64,000 nucleotides of DNA from Schmidtea polychroa (lineage: Eukaryota). Below the pieces are notes generated by a model. That model was given only the letters and a program-made list of their open reading frames with translations. It was not told where the DNA came from and did no database searches. The stretch is taken from NCBI GenBank assembly GCA_044892525.1, contig CM097885.1, forward strand, positions 218,302,001 to 218,366,000, given 5' to 3'. Shown in pieces: positions 22,801-34,560 of this stretch (its first letter is position 1; each line of letters starts with the position of its first letter). Both the position numbers and the translations under genes were made by a program.

Positions 22801-25318
22801 TTAATAACTGGTGATTTTTTAATTATCTAGTATAAATTTTTTTTTAATTTGAAAGTGTCATTGTGAAAATTTGTACTTTAACCATTTGTTTCGGAGAGTT
22901 TGTGCATTTTTATGGAAAAAAATTATAAAATCACAACTGAATCAGATAAAGATCAATTACTTTTTTTAATTTTAAATTAAAAATTTTTAATTTTAAATTT
23001 AATTTTCTTTTTAAAAATGCAATTCGAGATATTGGGGATACAAGAACCGCAGATAAATAATATCATTTAAAGTAATACTTTCTAAAACTTAGTGTACATT
23101 TAGCTCAGTAAGCAAAGAGACCTAGGATATATTATTAATACATATTTCGATTCTTAATAAATTAATTAAATTTGTACGGTGTTTATCAAGTGTTAGTCAA
23201 TTTGTTGATAAAAATGTGTGATTATCCTTAAAAATATTATTGATTTATTGTTATCCAGCAAAATAAAACTTTTCATCAAATTCTGTATACTTAAAGCAGA
23301 CATATTTAAATACAAAACAAAACAACATTGAGAAGTTTGATTCTTTATTTATTTATAATTAGTTTAATTAAACTTGTTTATCAATTAATTAAATAAATTT
23401 TAGTTTTAATTTGTTCTATTTTTATGATTAATTATAATAATTTCGCATTAAAACAAAATAATGGATAAATTATTACTTGACTGTTCTTAGCTGTTTCATC
23501 AGTGTTTGGTGTAATGATATCCTCACTAGATATTATAGGAAGAATAATTTCTGGTTGTTTTTCTTCATTTTTATTGCACTCGTCAAAGTCTACAAAATCA
23601 ACATTGGATTGACTTCCCATTAACATCTTCTCCAACAAATATGATTTGGAATTTCTTTTACTCAATGTTGGAGTAATAATTTTGGAATTATTATAAGAAG
23701 ATTTTATCAATTCAACCTTATCCTGTTTTCCAACAGTTTGCTTGGATGTCTTTTGAACAAATTTTGGTGAAGGTTCTGGTTTAATTTTCGAACTTTTTTC
23801 TACACAGAAAAAGAAATGTAGTACAATTTTAGAGTTACAAAATTAGATTTATGAAAAATATTATTTTTATCTGTTTACTTAATAGCTCTTCGAACATGAA
23901 CCTCTTTATTGCTTTGAATTGAAAATTGAAGAAGTAGGTAAAAGACATTTTTCAAGTTTCTAAGAAAATCATGCCTAAACTATTTTTAGAATATGTTCTT
24001 TTCAATGTTTTCTTGAGAAAGGTAAGATGCTTATTTTTAAATGTTCCTAACATTATTGAAGAAGTACTTCAAACACAAGTTATCGTTTTTCAAAAGCAAG
24101 ACATAGTTAAAAGTAGTTTTCTAATATTTATATTTTTAAAAATATATGGTAAAATTGTATTTATAAAAATTATATAGTTTCTAGGTATTGCTTAGTGGTT
24201 ATCCTAATTATTGTAAAGGAAATATTTCAATACATAGGCAAGTTTTAACTTCTATATTTTCCTGTCAAATGAACTATTTCGCAAATATTACATATTTACA
24301 TGAATTCATCATTTAATAGATTCCACCATTGCATGATAAAAACTCTTATTTTTCTGTTTATTGTCTTCTTATAAGCAGCTTCACTTAAATTCAATAGATT
24401 TGGGAAATTTCCAACTCGGTTATTCGGGGTATTGAAATAAAAAGACGCTAGAATCATGAATATGCATGCAATCTAATGATAGAATTATCACAAAATATTA
24501 TTTACTAATGACAAAAAGAGCAAATATGGGTTAAAAAATCATTTCAAATAGTTTTAGTTTGATTCATTTATTACTATATATTACTGATAAATTATAAGTT
24601 AAAATATTAAATTTAATGTTTTGATACTTTACCATCTTTACAGTTTTGTCAATAGGCATTTAATAATTTAGATTACAAAAAATTCTCAAAGAACTTAAGC
24701 GGAGTTTTAAAGAAACAGGTAAAATGTCCCAAAATGAAATGTCTCATAATCCCAAGTAACTGCTTCATTCACATCAACAGATACATCATGAAACTCCTTT
24801 AGTGATCACCCTTCCACAACATTTCATTGGACAATTTATATAGTCATAATTAAATAAATATTACTCCTTTATAATATTTAATTAATAAAATATTACAAGA
24901 ACAAAAGCTAATTACGTTATACCTAGAACCTTTTTTAATCCATTAGAAGTCTTTGCCTTTGTCAAAATTTCAACAGGCTTCGAATTAGGTTTTGTTTTAA
25001 TAGCAATATTGGTTTTTATTGGTTTTCCAATAGAAGTTTTTTTATCAACTATTCCCGAACGAGGAGAATCGCTTGACTTCTTTTGATATTAAATTATATT
25101 AGAAATATAACAATGAATTGTTATTACATTAAATGAATTGGACGAGTGCAATTTTGGTCGATTGACTTTGTCTCTACCTTCAAAACTAGATCGCAATTTA
25201 CTAGGCACAAACCGACTCAACCCGGCAGAATGTAAAGATTCGCTATCATTTACTTCATTATTCGTGAAATCAATGGTGAATGACTCGGCCGGCTTAGAAG
25301 GAGCATTGTTGGTTTCAT
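16884..25318 (-). CDS. Partial multi-exon gene, low-complexity K/S/E-rich protein with CEP170-like motifs
   Basis: Phase-compatible GT-AG exons 25318-25128, 25079-24923, 23911-23879, 23799-23477, 17066-17052, 17018-16884. They encode AESFTIDF and DAISEAGTYVIENE, resembling CEP170 SFTIEFD and SDxGTYTIE. 5' and 3' ends unresolved; identity rests on two short motifs only. Confidence 0.5.
19190..20500 (+). mobile_element. Degenerate hAT transposon with BED zinc-finger remnant
   Basis: VWKH...AKCN...GSSTKSLISHMKIKH...ESVEDVLAKLVA at 19650-19950; CCGGGA/ATCCCGAA subterminal motifs at ~19200-19270. Confidence 0.6.
22114..22601. mobile_element. piggyBac-like MITE (outer)
   Basis: TIR CCTCTTAAGTGG / CCACTTAAGAGG flanked by TTAA on both sides. 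Confidence 0.85.
22249..22490. mobile_element. piggyBac-like MITE nested in the outer one
   Basis: TIR CCCTTTGAGG.CG / CG.CTTCAAAGGG with TTAA TSD. Confidence 0.85.
22588..22752. repeat. Duplication-inversion-duplication structure at MITE end
   Basis: ~70-bp unit AGCCACTTAAGAGGTTAAAAATTACCTGCTTCTAGCG... occurs twice, separated by an inverted ~30-bp copy of its own middle. Confidence 0.85.
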
Positions 25319-26896
25319 CTAGCGAAAACATTAACATTATTATTTATTAGAAATAATTAATTGTCAGTTAATATAAACTTATAGAGATTATTACAGGTTT
25401 TTGATAAGTATTTATGGTTTGTGAAAATCCTTGATAAACCTTTCTTTAAATGGCTTCTGTTAAACTCTAGTATCATAACCTTTTGTGTATAACAGTTAGA
25501 ATTATGGTATAACCGCATATAACCTTCTTTTATCGTATTTTCTAAACAAATGCTATTTTAGTGATCAATCTATTTATATATGTTATTGTACTATTTGTCT
25601 TTAAAGCTATATAACAAAATTGCAGCTTATTGTGTTTCGTAACCTTTTCCATTGATCTTGCAAAAGCTATAAGTCGACGACAAAACTACTCAAAAGAAAA
25701 TAAAATGCTATACGACCTAACACATATAAAGGAATAGTTTTTATGTGAATTTAAAACAAATTATTCAGTGAAATGTTGGTAAAATTCTGAGGGATATGTT
25801 GATTCCGTTAGTATATCCCAGGCAAATCAGATAATTAAGGAATAAAGATATTTCCAACAATAAATGTAAAAACGTTTTATATAATGAAATAAGAAGTATA
25901 TGAGGTTCAATCAAGCAAGACTGCAGTTCATATGAAGTAATGAAAAGATTGTGTAGACCAATATTTTTAATTGAACGAAACATAACAGCTGATAATTGGT
26001 TTACAAAAACCTGCAATACAGAATAGAAGATATATCATAAAAACTATCATTAAAGCTAGTCTCGGGTCAATTAGAAAAACTCACAACAATAATCCCTGAT
26101 TAGAAATATACACCTAAAAGTTGCAGAAATTATCAAATAATATAAAACCAACAATTGAACAAATGAAACGAGCACAATTTCAAATAAAAGAAACAGAGAA
26201 ACCTGACATTAGAAGAAAAGTTCTGTATTTGTAAAGAGAACTGTATGACAATCGCTTCATTTCATATCCAGAATTTTTATAGACTATTTGGAATAAAATA
26301 AATGAAGATTTCTAAATTATTTTAAGTATTGTCTCGTATTTAACCATTGAACCCACCATATGGTAATTTTCGTTGTTTCCAATATTTTGACATCTTTTTC
26401 CAAGGAAAAATCACTTTATAGCAATCAAATCACTGACATTTTTAGTGACGAGGATTTCTAAAATTCATTTTGAAATTTCAATTGTAAATTATAATAAAAT
26501 CTCCTCTGCCATGCATAATAAAAATTCCAAGTTTTAAGCTTAATTCAAAAACCTTTGAAAATAAAACAGCCCAATAAACAACGTCTTTTCCATTAAAGTT
26601 TAGGGTATTTCGAATAATCGAATAAAATGATTTCCTTTTGAAAGTCATCTTAATTTAGTATGTGAAAGAGGCCTCATGGATTTTTCATCATAGTTTTAAA
26701 CAAAATTTTTGAAGAAAAATTCTTATCTTCTTGATAGCAATTATTACAATTTCAAGTGTTTCGTTTATGAATGAAATAAGATTCATTCCTTACAAAAATT
26801 TATCAAAGATCCCACAATGTATTAAATGTATTAGTCTTGAATTCCTTTAAAAATACAAAATACCCGATAGTTTTTTCTCATTAATGGAACATTGTA

Positions 26897-27081
26897 CAGT
26901 AAAATCTTTTTTACACGGTCTTTTGAAATTATATATTGCAGAAAATCATGTAAATAATTAAAAAAAAATTTTGGAATTTTGGTTAAATCAAAAATAACGT
27001 GTAAAAAAATTTAAAATTTCTTCTTGACCGTGTTATTTGAAAATCGTGTAAAAAAAGACCGTGCAAAATAAGATTTTACTG
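26897..27081. mobile_element. Tigger/pogo-like MITE
   Basis: TIR CAGTAAAATCTT / AAGATTTTACTG, TA on both sides, CCGTG subterminal motifs. Confidence 0.8.
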
Positions 27082-27495
27082 TATGTAATAGATGATAGAA
27101 TATTTTTAATGAAATGATTTTTCTTCCAAAATAGGTAAAAAAACGTAATGAAACTAAAAATTGTTATTTTATTTGTATCAATTATGATACAATTTGCAAA
27201 TATTAATTCTATGAATTACTAATGTTTTTGAAAAAAGACATTTTGTGGACGAAATCATGATTAAGCAATATTAAAAATATTGGATGTTCCCAAAGTTTGC
27301 CGATTTTAATAGATATATTTTATTGTACTAGTAAGTATTAGTAATATAAAAACAAAGTATAATCTTTATTCAAATTCTGTGTGATATAATAAAGTATTTG
27401 TAAATAATAATTTATAGAGATAAATTATGTTGAATTAATATGACTTAAAATAAAGTCTAGTTGCGACATTAGATGCTCTTTTTTATATTGGAAAA

Positions 27496-27498
<3 letters not shown>

Positions 27499-27576
<78 letters not shown>
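27499..27576. repeat. (AT)n microsatellite
   Basis: 39 AT units directly abutting the hATm left terminus. Confidence 0.95.
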
Positions 27577-27579
<3 letters not shown>

Positions 27580-30500
27580 GGTGGCCCAAAAAATTGAAAG
27601 TTAAAAACTAACAACTCTCACCCTTCCAAGTTGTTCCAATTGCTATAAAAATAATTAGTGCAAAATATTTCTGCAATTTGACAATAGTTAAAGGTGGCCC
27701 ACTGGTGATGAAGTTTTGACATGGTGTTTCTTTTGCCGGTAATTCAGGGCGAGTTATTGGTTTGTTATATAGCAGTGACTGAGAGAGTATGGATGATTAA
27801 CCTATTTAAGTGTTACTTATTTATTGGTATTTTATTGAATTTATTAGACATTCTTTGCTAATTCTCTTCTGTTTATGTTTATATTTGTTTTTCATTTTTG
27901 AGACAAAAAGTCAGCTATTACTCATCAGTCGAGATGTAATTATGCAATCTTTGTTCTTGTATTATGTTCATGTATTAATAGTCAGTATTTTACTTTGCTG
28001 AATTACATGCAAAAACACATCGTTGTTGAATGCATTTTACAATGTTAAATGTACTCTTGTACTATACAGCAAATTTAAAATTTTTCAGTTGTTCATTCAA
28101 TTATGCCTAGTGTTTTGCTTAACCTAATCGTCTCCACTCTCCATGTTATTGTGTTTCAGATTTAACAGAATGGAAACAAGATCTAATGATAATGTTTACT
28201 TGATTAAATCATATGTTCCTGAAATTCTTGGTGCAAAGCTGCCATCGTATTATCAGACATTTGGGTACTTTCTACACCTACATAAAGTAGAAAAAATGAC
28301 TCTTCGCGAAGCCAGTAAACTGACAATCAACGTGATAATGGAGTTCTGGAAAAAAGCAAGCATTCCAACAAGAGCAGAACAGCACTGCATTCAGAAGCTT
28401 GAATCAGTCTTTTATGAATGGAAGGGTCTCCAAAAACACAAGTCGAGGTCTGGTGAAGCTCACAAAAAACAGGAGCATGAATTTGTTTCTCATCTTGAAG
28501 ATCTGTTCGACATAGCCCATCAGGATGCACTAACTATCATTAGCAACCCAGAAGACAGGGCATTCCTGTTACGCCAGAGAGAAAAAGGGCGTCCAGGATC
28601 CATTGGTGTCCGGGATAAAGTTACTGAACGTAAAGCTAGAGCAGCTGGTGAACGCAAACAAGCTGAAGCAAGGCGGCGGCAAAGGTCAATAGATGAAATG
28701 AATATCAGTGCTTGTTTGACAACTCTCGAATCATCATCTGGTGAAGACAGTGACCATGACCAAGAGCAGATTGTCTTGTATGATGATGAATATAAACCTG
28801 TTGCATCCTCATCAACAGATCCTGCTGACTGTATCACAAAGCCAGTGCCAAAGAAAGCTAAGACTGATGTATTGACTCCTGGGCTAATGGCAGCTCTGGA
28901 CAGAACACAGACATCCTCCAGAAATGCTGTTTATGTGTTGTGTGAAACAGCATCCAGCCTTGGTCACAATGTTGATTCCCTCAACATCAGCAGGAACTCA
29001 ATCCACCGAGCCAGGTGTAAAGCTAGAACAATTGCAGCATCACAGCTGAAATCAGAATTTCTATCTGTAAACCATCTGACTGTCCACTGGGATGGAAAGT
29101 TATTGGAAGATTTGACAACTAGAGAACACGTCGACAGGTTACCAATTCTCATCTCAGGTGTTGGTTGTGAACAGCTGCTTGCAGTTCCAAAACTGTCATC
29201 TGGAACTGGTGAATCCCAAGCTACTGCCGTGGTCAACGAGATAAAGCAATGGGGCATCGAAAAGCAGGTTGTGGCTTTGTGTTTTGACACAACAAGTTCA
29301 AAAACTGGTGATAAGCAAGGTGCTTGTGTCTTAATTCAACAGATGTTGGCCAAAGATCTCCTATACTTGGCCTGTCGTCATCACATCATGGAACTTATTG
29401 TCGGTGCAGCATTTGACCAAATGCTACGAGGTTCATCAAGCCCTGACATATCAATCTTCAAAAGATTCAAGGAGCACTGGAAATTCATAGATCGTGACAA
29501 CTACCAGCCGGCAGAAACGGATCCATTCATCGACAATCTCATTGCTAATAGTCGAAATGAATTATTGGAATTTGCTCGCATGCAACTTGAAGTGCAGCAG
29601 CCACGAGATGATTACCGGGAGTTCCTGGAACTGTCTATGATTTACCTTGGCCAGGCTCCTTCCAGGGGGATTCACTTTCAGTCTCCAGGTGCAATGCATC
29701 GAGCAAGGTGGTTGGCTAAAGTGCTGTACAGTATCAAGATGTGGCTTTTCAGAGCACAATTCAAGATGACACAGAGTGAGCTGAAGGGAATCACTGCTGT
29801 TGCTGCATTTGGTGTGCTTGTCTATCTCAGAGTATGGATAACAGCACCTCTGGCAATAAATGCACCATTGAATGATTTCCTGTTGATGAGACAGCTCCTT
29901 GAATACCCCGATGTAAACATTTCATCTGTAACCAGCAAAAAGCTGGGACTGCATCTGTGGTATATTTCAGAAGAGCTGGTAACACTCGCTCTGTTTGACT
30001 CCAGAGTTCCAGCTGAAACCAAGAAGCTGATGCTTGCAGCCATGGAGAATGCTGCACCTGAGCATCCACCTAAACGTCCCAGAGTGGAAACATCAGCCTT
30101 CACAAACAGCAAGGGTCTCGAACAGTTCTGCACAGCCAATTCAATGACCATGTTTCGTCTTCTGCAGTTACAGACGTCATTTATGTCAAAAGATCCATCA
30201 GAATGGGATGAGGATGAAACATACCAATGTGCACTGAGAACTGTTAAAGGATTGGCTGTTGTGAATGACAGAGCTGAGAGAGGGGTAGCCCTCATTCAGG
30301 ACTACAATAAAAAGCTAACCAAGGATGAGGAACAGCTTCAATTCATGTTGCATGTCGTTAGCGAACATCGCCGGCTGTTTCCAGACTGCAGCAAATTCGG
30401 TCTCATGATGGCCATGTCATCTACGCCAACGACACCTTAACTATCAAACTCGGACTGATCTTAATTAGTAGTTACGACTAAAAACTGTGTTCAATCACCA

Positions 30501-30940
30501 TGTTTTCAGTTTCCATGTTCCATGCACTGTTGTTATTTTACCCTAATGTGTACTGACTGTGTGACTGATAGTAATGTTCGACTTTTGAGTTTGTCGACTT
30601 TGACTGGCTAGTGACTATAGGCCCAGTGATAAACTAAACTAGTAAACTGCTTCGGTTGTTAGGTGTGTTTATTGTCAAATATGTCTCTGTTTTCACTACA
30701 GTTAATGTTGTAATAAAAATGAGATAATTTTGCTGCTCATAATTTCGTCAAACACAGTACAAGTAGCAAAAACGTATAAAAACCACTTTAAAATATTTGT
30801 ACTTCAAACTTCTAGATTGTTGGGCCACCTCTAAATGTCGAGAAATTTCAGAAAATATTTCACAGAAAATTTTCTTTTCAACATTGGAACAAGTTGGAAG
30901 GGTGAGAAGGTGAAGTTTAAAACTTTTATTTTTTTGCTAT
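27577..30940 (+). mobile_element. hAT-superfamily (hATm-like) autonomous DNA transposon
   Basis: Left end TAGGGTGGCCC. Imperfect ~130-bp TIR with shared TCTCACCCTTCCAA.TTGTTCCAAT and AGGTGGCCCA (27577-27705 vs 30820-30940). The right terminus is lost in an N-gap. Confidence 0.8.
28143..30440 (+). CDS. Intact DDE transposase (765 aa ORF; likely start at ATG 28170)
   Basis: HWDGK (D), CFDTT (D), ACRHH (CxxH), HRARW, VVNDRAERG (E); no stops or frameshifts. A TTTCAG acceptor-like site precedes ATG 28170. Confidence 0.9.
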   Translation: MLLCFRFNRMETRSNDNVYLIKSYVPEILGAKLPSYYQTFGYFLHLHKVEKMTLREASKLTINVIMEFWKKASIPTRAEQHCIQKLESVFYEWKGLQKHKSRSGEAHKKQEHEFVSHLEDLFDIAHQDALTIISNPEDRAFLLRQREKGRPGSIGVRDKVTERKARAAGERKQAEARRRQRSIDEMNISACLTTLESSSGEDSDHDQEQIVLYDDEYKPVASSSTDPADCITKPVPKKAKTDVLTPGLMAALDRTQTSSRNAVYVLCETASSLGHNVDSLNISRNSIHRARCKARTIAASQLKSEFLSVNHLTVHWDGKLLEDLTTREHVDRLPILISGVGCEQLLAVPKLSSGTGESQATAVVNEIKQWGIEKQVVALCFDTTSSKTGDKQGACVLIQQMLAKDLLYLACRHHIMELIVGAAFDQMLRGSSSPDISIFKRFKEHWKFIDRDNYQPAETDPFIDNLIANSRNELLEFARMQLEVQQPRDDYREFLELSMIYLGQAPSRGIHFQSPGAMHRARWLAKVLYSIKMWLFRAQFKMTQSELKGITAVAAFGVLVYLRVWITAPLAINAPLNDFLLMRQLLEYPDVNISSVTSKKLGLHLWYISEELVTLALFDSRVPAETKKLMLAAMENAAPEHPPKRPRVETSAFTNSKGLEQFCTANSMTMFRLLQLQTSFMSKDPSEWDEDETYQCALRTVKGLAVVNDRAERGVALIQDYNKKLTKDEEQLQFMLHVVSEHRRLFPDCSKFGLMMAMSSTPTTP

Positions 30941-32419
30941 NNNNNNNNNNNNNNNNNNNNNNNNNNNNNNNNNNNNNNNNNNNNNNNNNNNNNNNNNNNN
31001 NNNNNNNNNNNNNNNNNNNNNNNNNNNNNNNNNNNNNNNNNNNNNNNNNNNNNNNNNNNNNNNNNNNNNNNNNTCAGAGGTGAAAATCAAAGAACGCGCT
31101 ATACAAAATTGGAATGAAAATAAAGGTTAAAGGTATCCAATCGTACCATCTACAATAATTTGGTGAAACTTGAATACATAAATAATACATAAAAATTCCA
31201 TAATTAGACCAAATCAACAGACACCTGGAGAAATTCTTCAATGGTAAGTCTAACAAGTTCTGAGAGAATGGAACCGTAATTTTTTCTTTGAAACGTGTGA
31301 AGGTAAACATTTTGAAAGTTTTTAGATTCCGCTTAATTTACCTTTTCACTTAAATTTGACTGAAAGTCTATTGAAAATAATACTAATAAAAACGAATTAT
31401 GAAACTACGACGTGTTTATGTATTAAAATTAGTATGAAACTCGTCAAAGTCGAAGACGATAAAATAAACGTATAAAAATTAAGCAATCAACATATATTAA
31501 AATTATTCATTTTTTACTATGTTATTTTTATACTATTCATTTTTTATACTATTATACTATATGAGAGTGTATAGTATGAGTCAAAATTTTAAAACAGAAT
31601 AATATTTTATTGAAATCTTTTTCCCCACTGCCCCTTGATCACCTAGTATTTTTGTAAGCACTCTTGCTGCGTAACACCAGTTTATAACTTACAAATTATG
31701 TTTGTAATATTTGCAAGACAAATAATGACTAAATTTAATAATGTATATTATTATCTCTTGCTTTGCTATCTAAATTTGTATAATATTTGAGTAATGCAAC
31801 TCAGGTGCAACGCAAGCAGCGTAAAGTTAAAAATTTACATTTAAATGTCAGAATATATTTAAATGTTTATTAATTATTATGATTAATAAAAAATATTTTG
31901 TGCACCTTTCTGTTGTATTTCATTTGGTTTTGGAATAACTATGCTTTCAATCTTTTTTTCATTTCGAGCGAGACCTACACAAAATCATATATATTTAAAA
32001 TATAACATGTATAAGCGCAATTTAATAAATGCATGTACAGTAAAGTAAAATGTCCAAAGTTACAAAAAAACAAAATATCCATATAAAATTATAAATTTTA
32101 GGCTCTAGAAACTAAAAAATATAGTATAGGGAGGCAAACAGTTTAATTTTGACTTTTTCGTTTTAATGATTTTTCCGTGTCCCTAAAAATATGTTTGCCA
32201 CATTTGAATTGGATAAATTAATTTGGTTTTACTTATCTGATCCACAAAATAATCGGAATGATGACTATAAAACCTATACGGATATATGATTGATTCCTGA
32301 AACAGAACTAATACCTAAATTATAATACCAAAATAATACCAAAATTTATTTATAACAAACAAAATATTTTTTAAACCAATAATATCTTGCACAAGTTCCA
32401 TATTGGTTTTTTTATTCTA

Positions 32420-32919
32420 GGACGTTTCATCGCCGGACGATTCATCGGCGGACTGTCCATAACAGGAAATAATAAATAAATAATGGAGGTTTTTCTTTTC
32501 TATTAATTTCTCTATTTACTTTATTTTAACATAGTAATATGTATAGTAAGATATATCCAGAGCAAATTAATATATCACAGTGTTTCTCAGACTTTTCTCG
32601 CTCGCGGCACACCTGCTCAAAAATCACATATTTTTACAAATTTTTTGACTTTCCAATCATATATAAAAAAGCTACTTTTTAGTCTATATTAATTAAATAT
32701 AATTACGAGAGATTTTTATAAGGTAATAAAGATAATTCTTTGTAATTTTGATCCACAGAAGCGACTTTTTCACAATAAAAAGCTTGATATAGTTTTGACA
32801 TTTTTTTTATTACCAAATTTTTTGGGGAAAAAAGTCTTGCCGCGGCACACACCGTTTGAGAAACACTGATATATCATGATGAACAGTCCGACGATGAATC
32901 GTCCGGTGATGAAAAGTCC
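32420..32919. mobile_element. Unclassified TIR element with internally repetitive 41-bp TIRs
   Basis: GGACGTTTCATCGCCGGACGATTCATCGGCGGACTGTCCAT matches the reverse complement of 32879-32919 with few mismatches. Confidence 0.75.
32578..32868. mobile_element. hAT (Charlie/Buster-type) MITE nested in the previous element
   Basis: TIR CAGTGTTTCTCA / TGAGAAACACTG; perfect 8-bp TSD ATATATCA. Confidence 0.9.
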
Positions 32920-34019
32920 GGATACAGGTTTTTTAATTATTTTAACAATTTATTTTTATCTTTTTGAGGATATTTTAACAAGCATGAATTAACAATTGAA
33001 TAGAGAATAGTCTTACAAAATCATTCAATAAAAATGTTATCTTTTTAAATTTCAAACATTCTTAAATATGAATTTTACAATCAAACCATTTCTTCATTTA
33101 AACTTATTTATATGTTACTTTCAAAAAGAAAATCATCGAACTTTTGCCCAGGGTCATAGTTTTATAACATACTGGCGACAAAAAAATAAACGGACAATTA
33201 TTATAATTTTATTAAAGTTTTTAACATTCTTTTTAAATGAGAATTAAATCGTTTTTATTTAATTATCCTCACATGGCGAATGTGGTAATATAATCAAAAT
33301 GGAGAAAAGTTAAGGTAGCTTAATAAAATATTTTAAAGTTTTAATTTAATTCTTTTTATAATTGGTAGTTGTTTTGATATTAAAAAATAATGGAATGTAA
33401 TGAACTTCAAAATCTGTCATTTCATTTGTAAGAACTTGATAATTATAATAAGTATTTCTTATCAATGTAATGTGAATAATAAGGCCCAGTAATATATTCG
33501 CTTTAAAACTGTATAAATGACGGATAATGTTGGCAACCACGTAAACCAACCTTTCCTTAAAAGAATTGGCATGATTTTCTACAATTCAATTTTCCGTAGC
33601 TTCAGATGCGTTTACAAATGCAGAAAAGATATCAAACTTAGTAAGAAATATTCCACATTCCATAAAATAGTTAAAAAGAATAATTGTGGAATTAAGAACA
33701 TTAATCGATATGGTGGAACAATAGAATGAGAGCAAATGAGGAAAAAGAGCACGAAATTATGTTAGAAGTACTTAAAAACTATTTTTAATCAAAAATAATT
33801 AATTAATTTAAAAGAATAGTTTAGTTTAATTAACAGAAGTAAACAAATAGGAAAATAAACAAAATAATTTTTAAAAATAATTACCGAGACAGAATGATGA
33901 ATGGAAATTTGAATTAAGAAGATTAAAATCAAAAAAGCAGAAGAAAATAAAAAAAGTATATTAATATACAATTACTTACAGTTAAACAGGTTATTGCGGG
34001 AATACCAATTACTTCCTTT

Positions 34020-34560
34020 ATTGGGCAAATTGGTGGTGTATAGAGTAAAAACGTTTAGGAAATTAACATTAGCATTACATAGGGTTTATGTAAAATTAAT
34101 AAAATGAAGTTTTTGAGTTCCCTGAAACACATCCGCACGGTAAGCAATGTCCCGGAGAAGACTTATAGAATCAATATTCTTTGAAATAACAATAAAAACC
34201 GATCTTCATTGTGAAACAACAATCCAACAGTCTCTCAATCAACTGCAAAATACCGAAAATATTCATGGATAAATCCCGCAGGACGGTGCTACAGCGCATG
34301 CATCAAGATATTCATATCTTACAATTATAGATTTTTTTCGGTTGGATACCATGAAATCCAAAGTGCATCGAAGCAATTTAGAACTATAGAAGAACTGAAG
34401 ATTTTCATAACAAATGCAATTGAACCTACCAACAATCGGAATACTTTAAAGTTTGTTTTTAGTAAAATGTGTTAAAGAAGTGATATTTATTAGCAAAATG
34501 ACTTTCATTTTCAACAGATTTTGTAAATTTGTTACCTTTATGATTTTAATAAACAAGTTT
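34020..34560 (+). pseudogene. Tc1/mariner transposase relic
   Basis: QDGATAHA (34279-34302), DFF..W...KSKVH, RTIEELKIFITNAI. Confidence 0.65.

Noticed and set aside
28327-30295. Minus-strand ORFs overlapping the hATm transposase
   Set aside because: Antisense shadows of a GC-richer coding region; no motifs.
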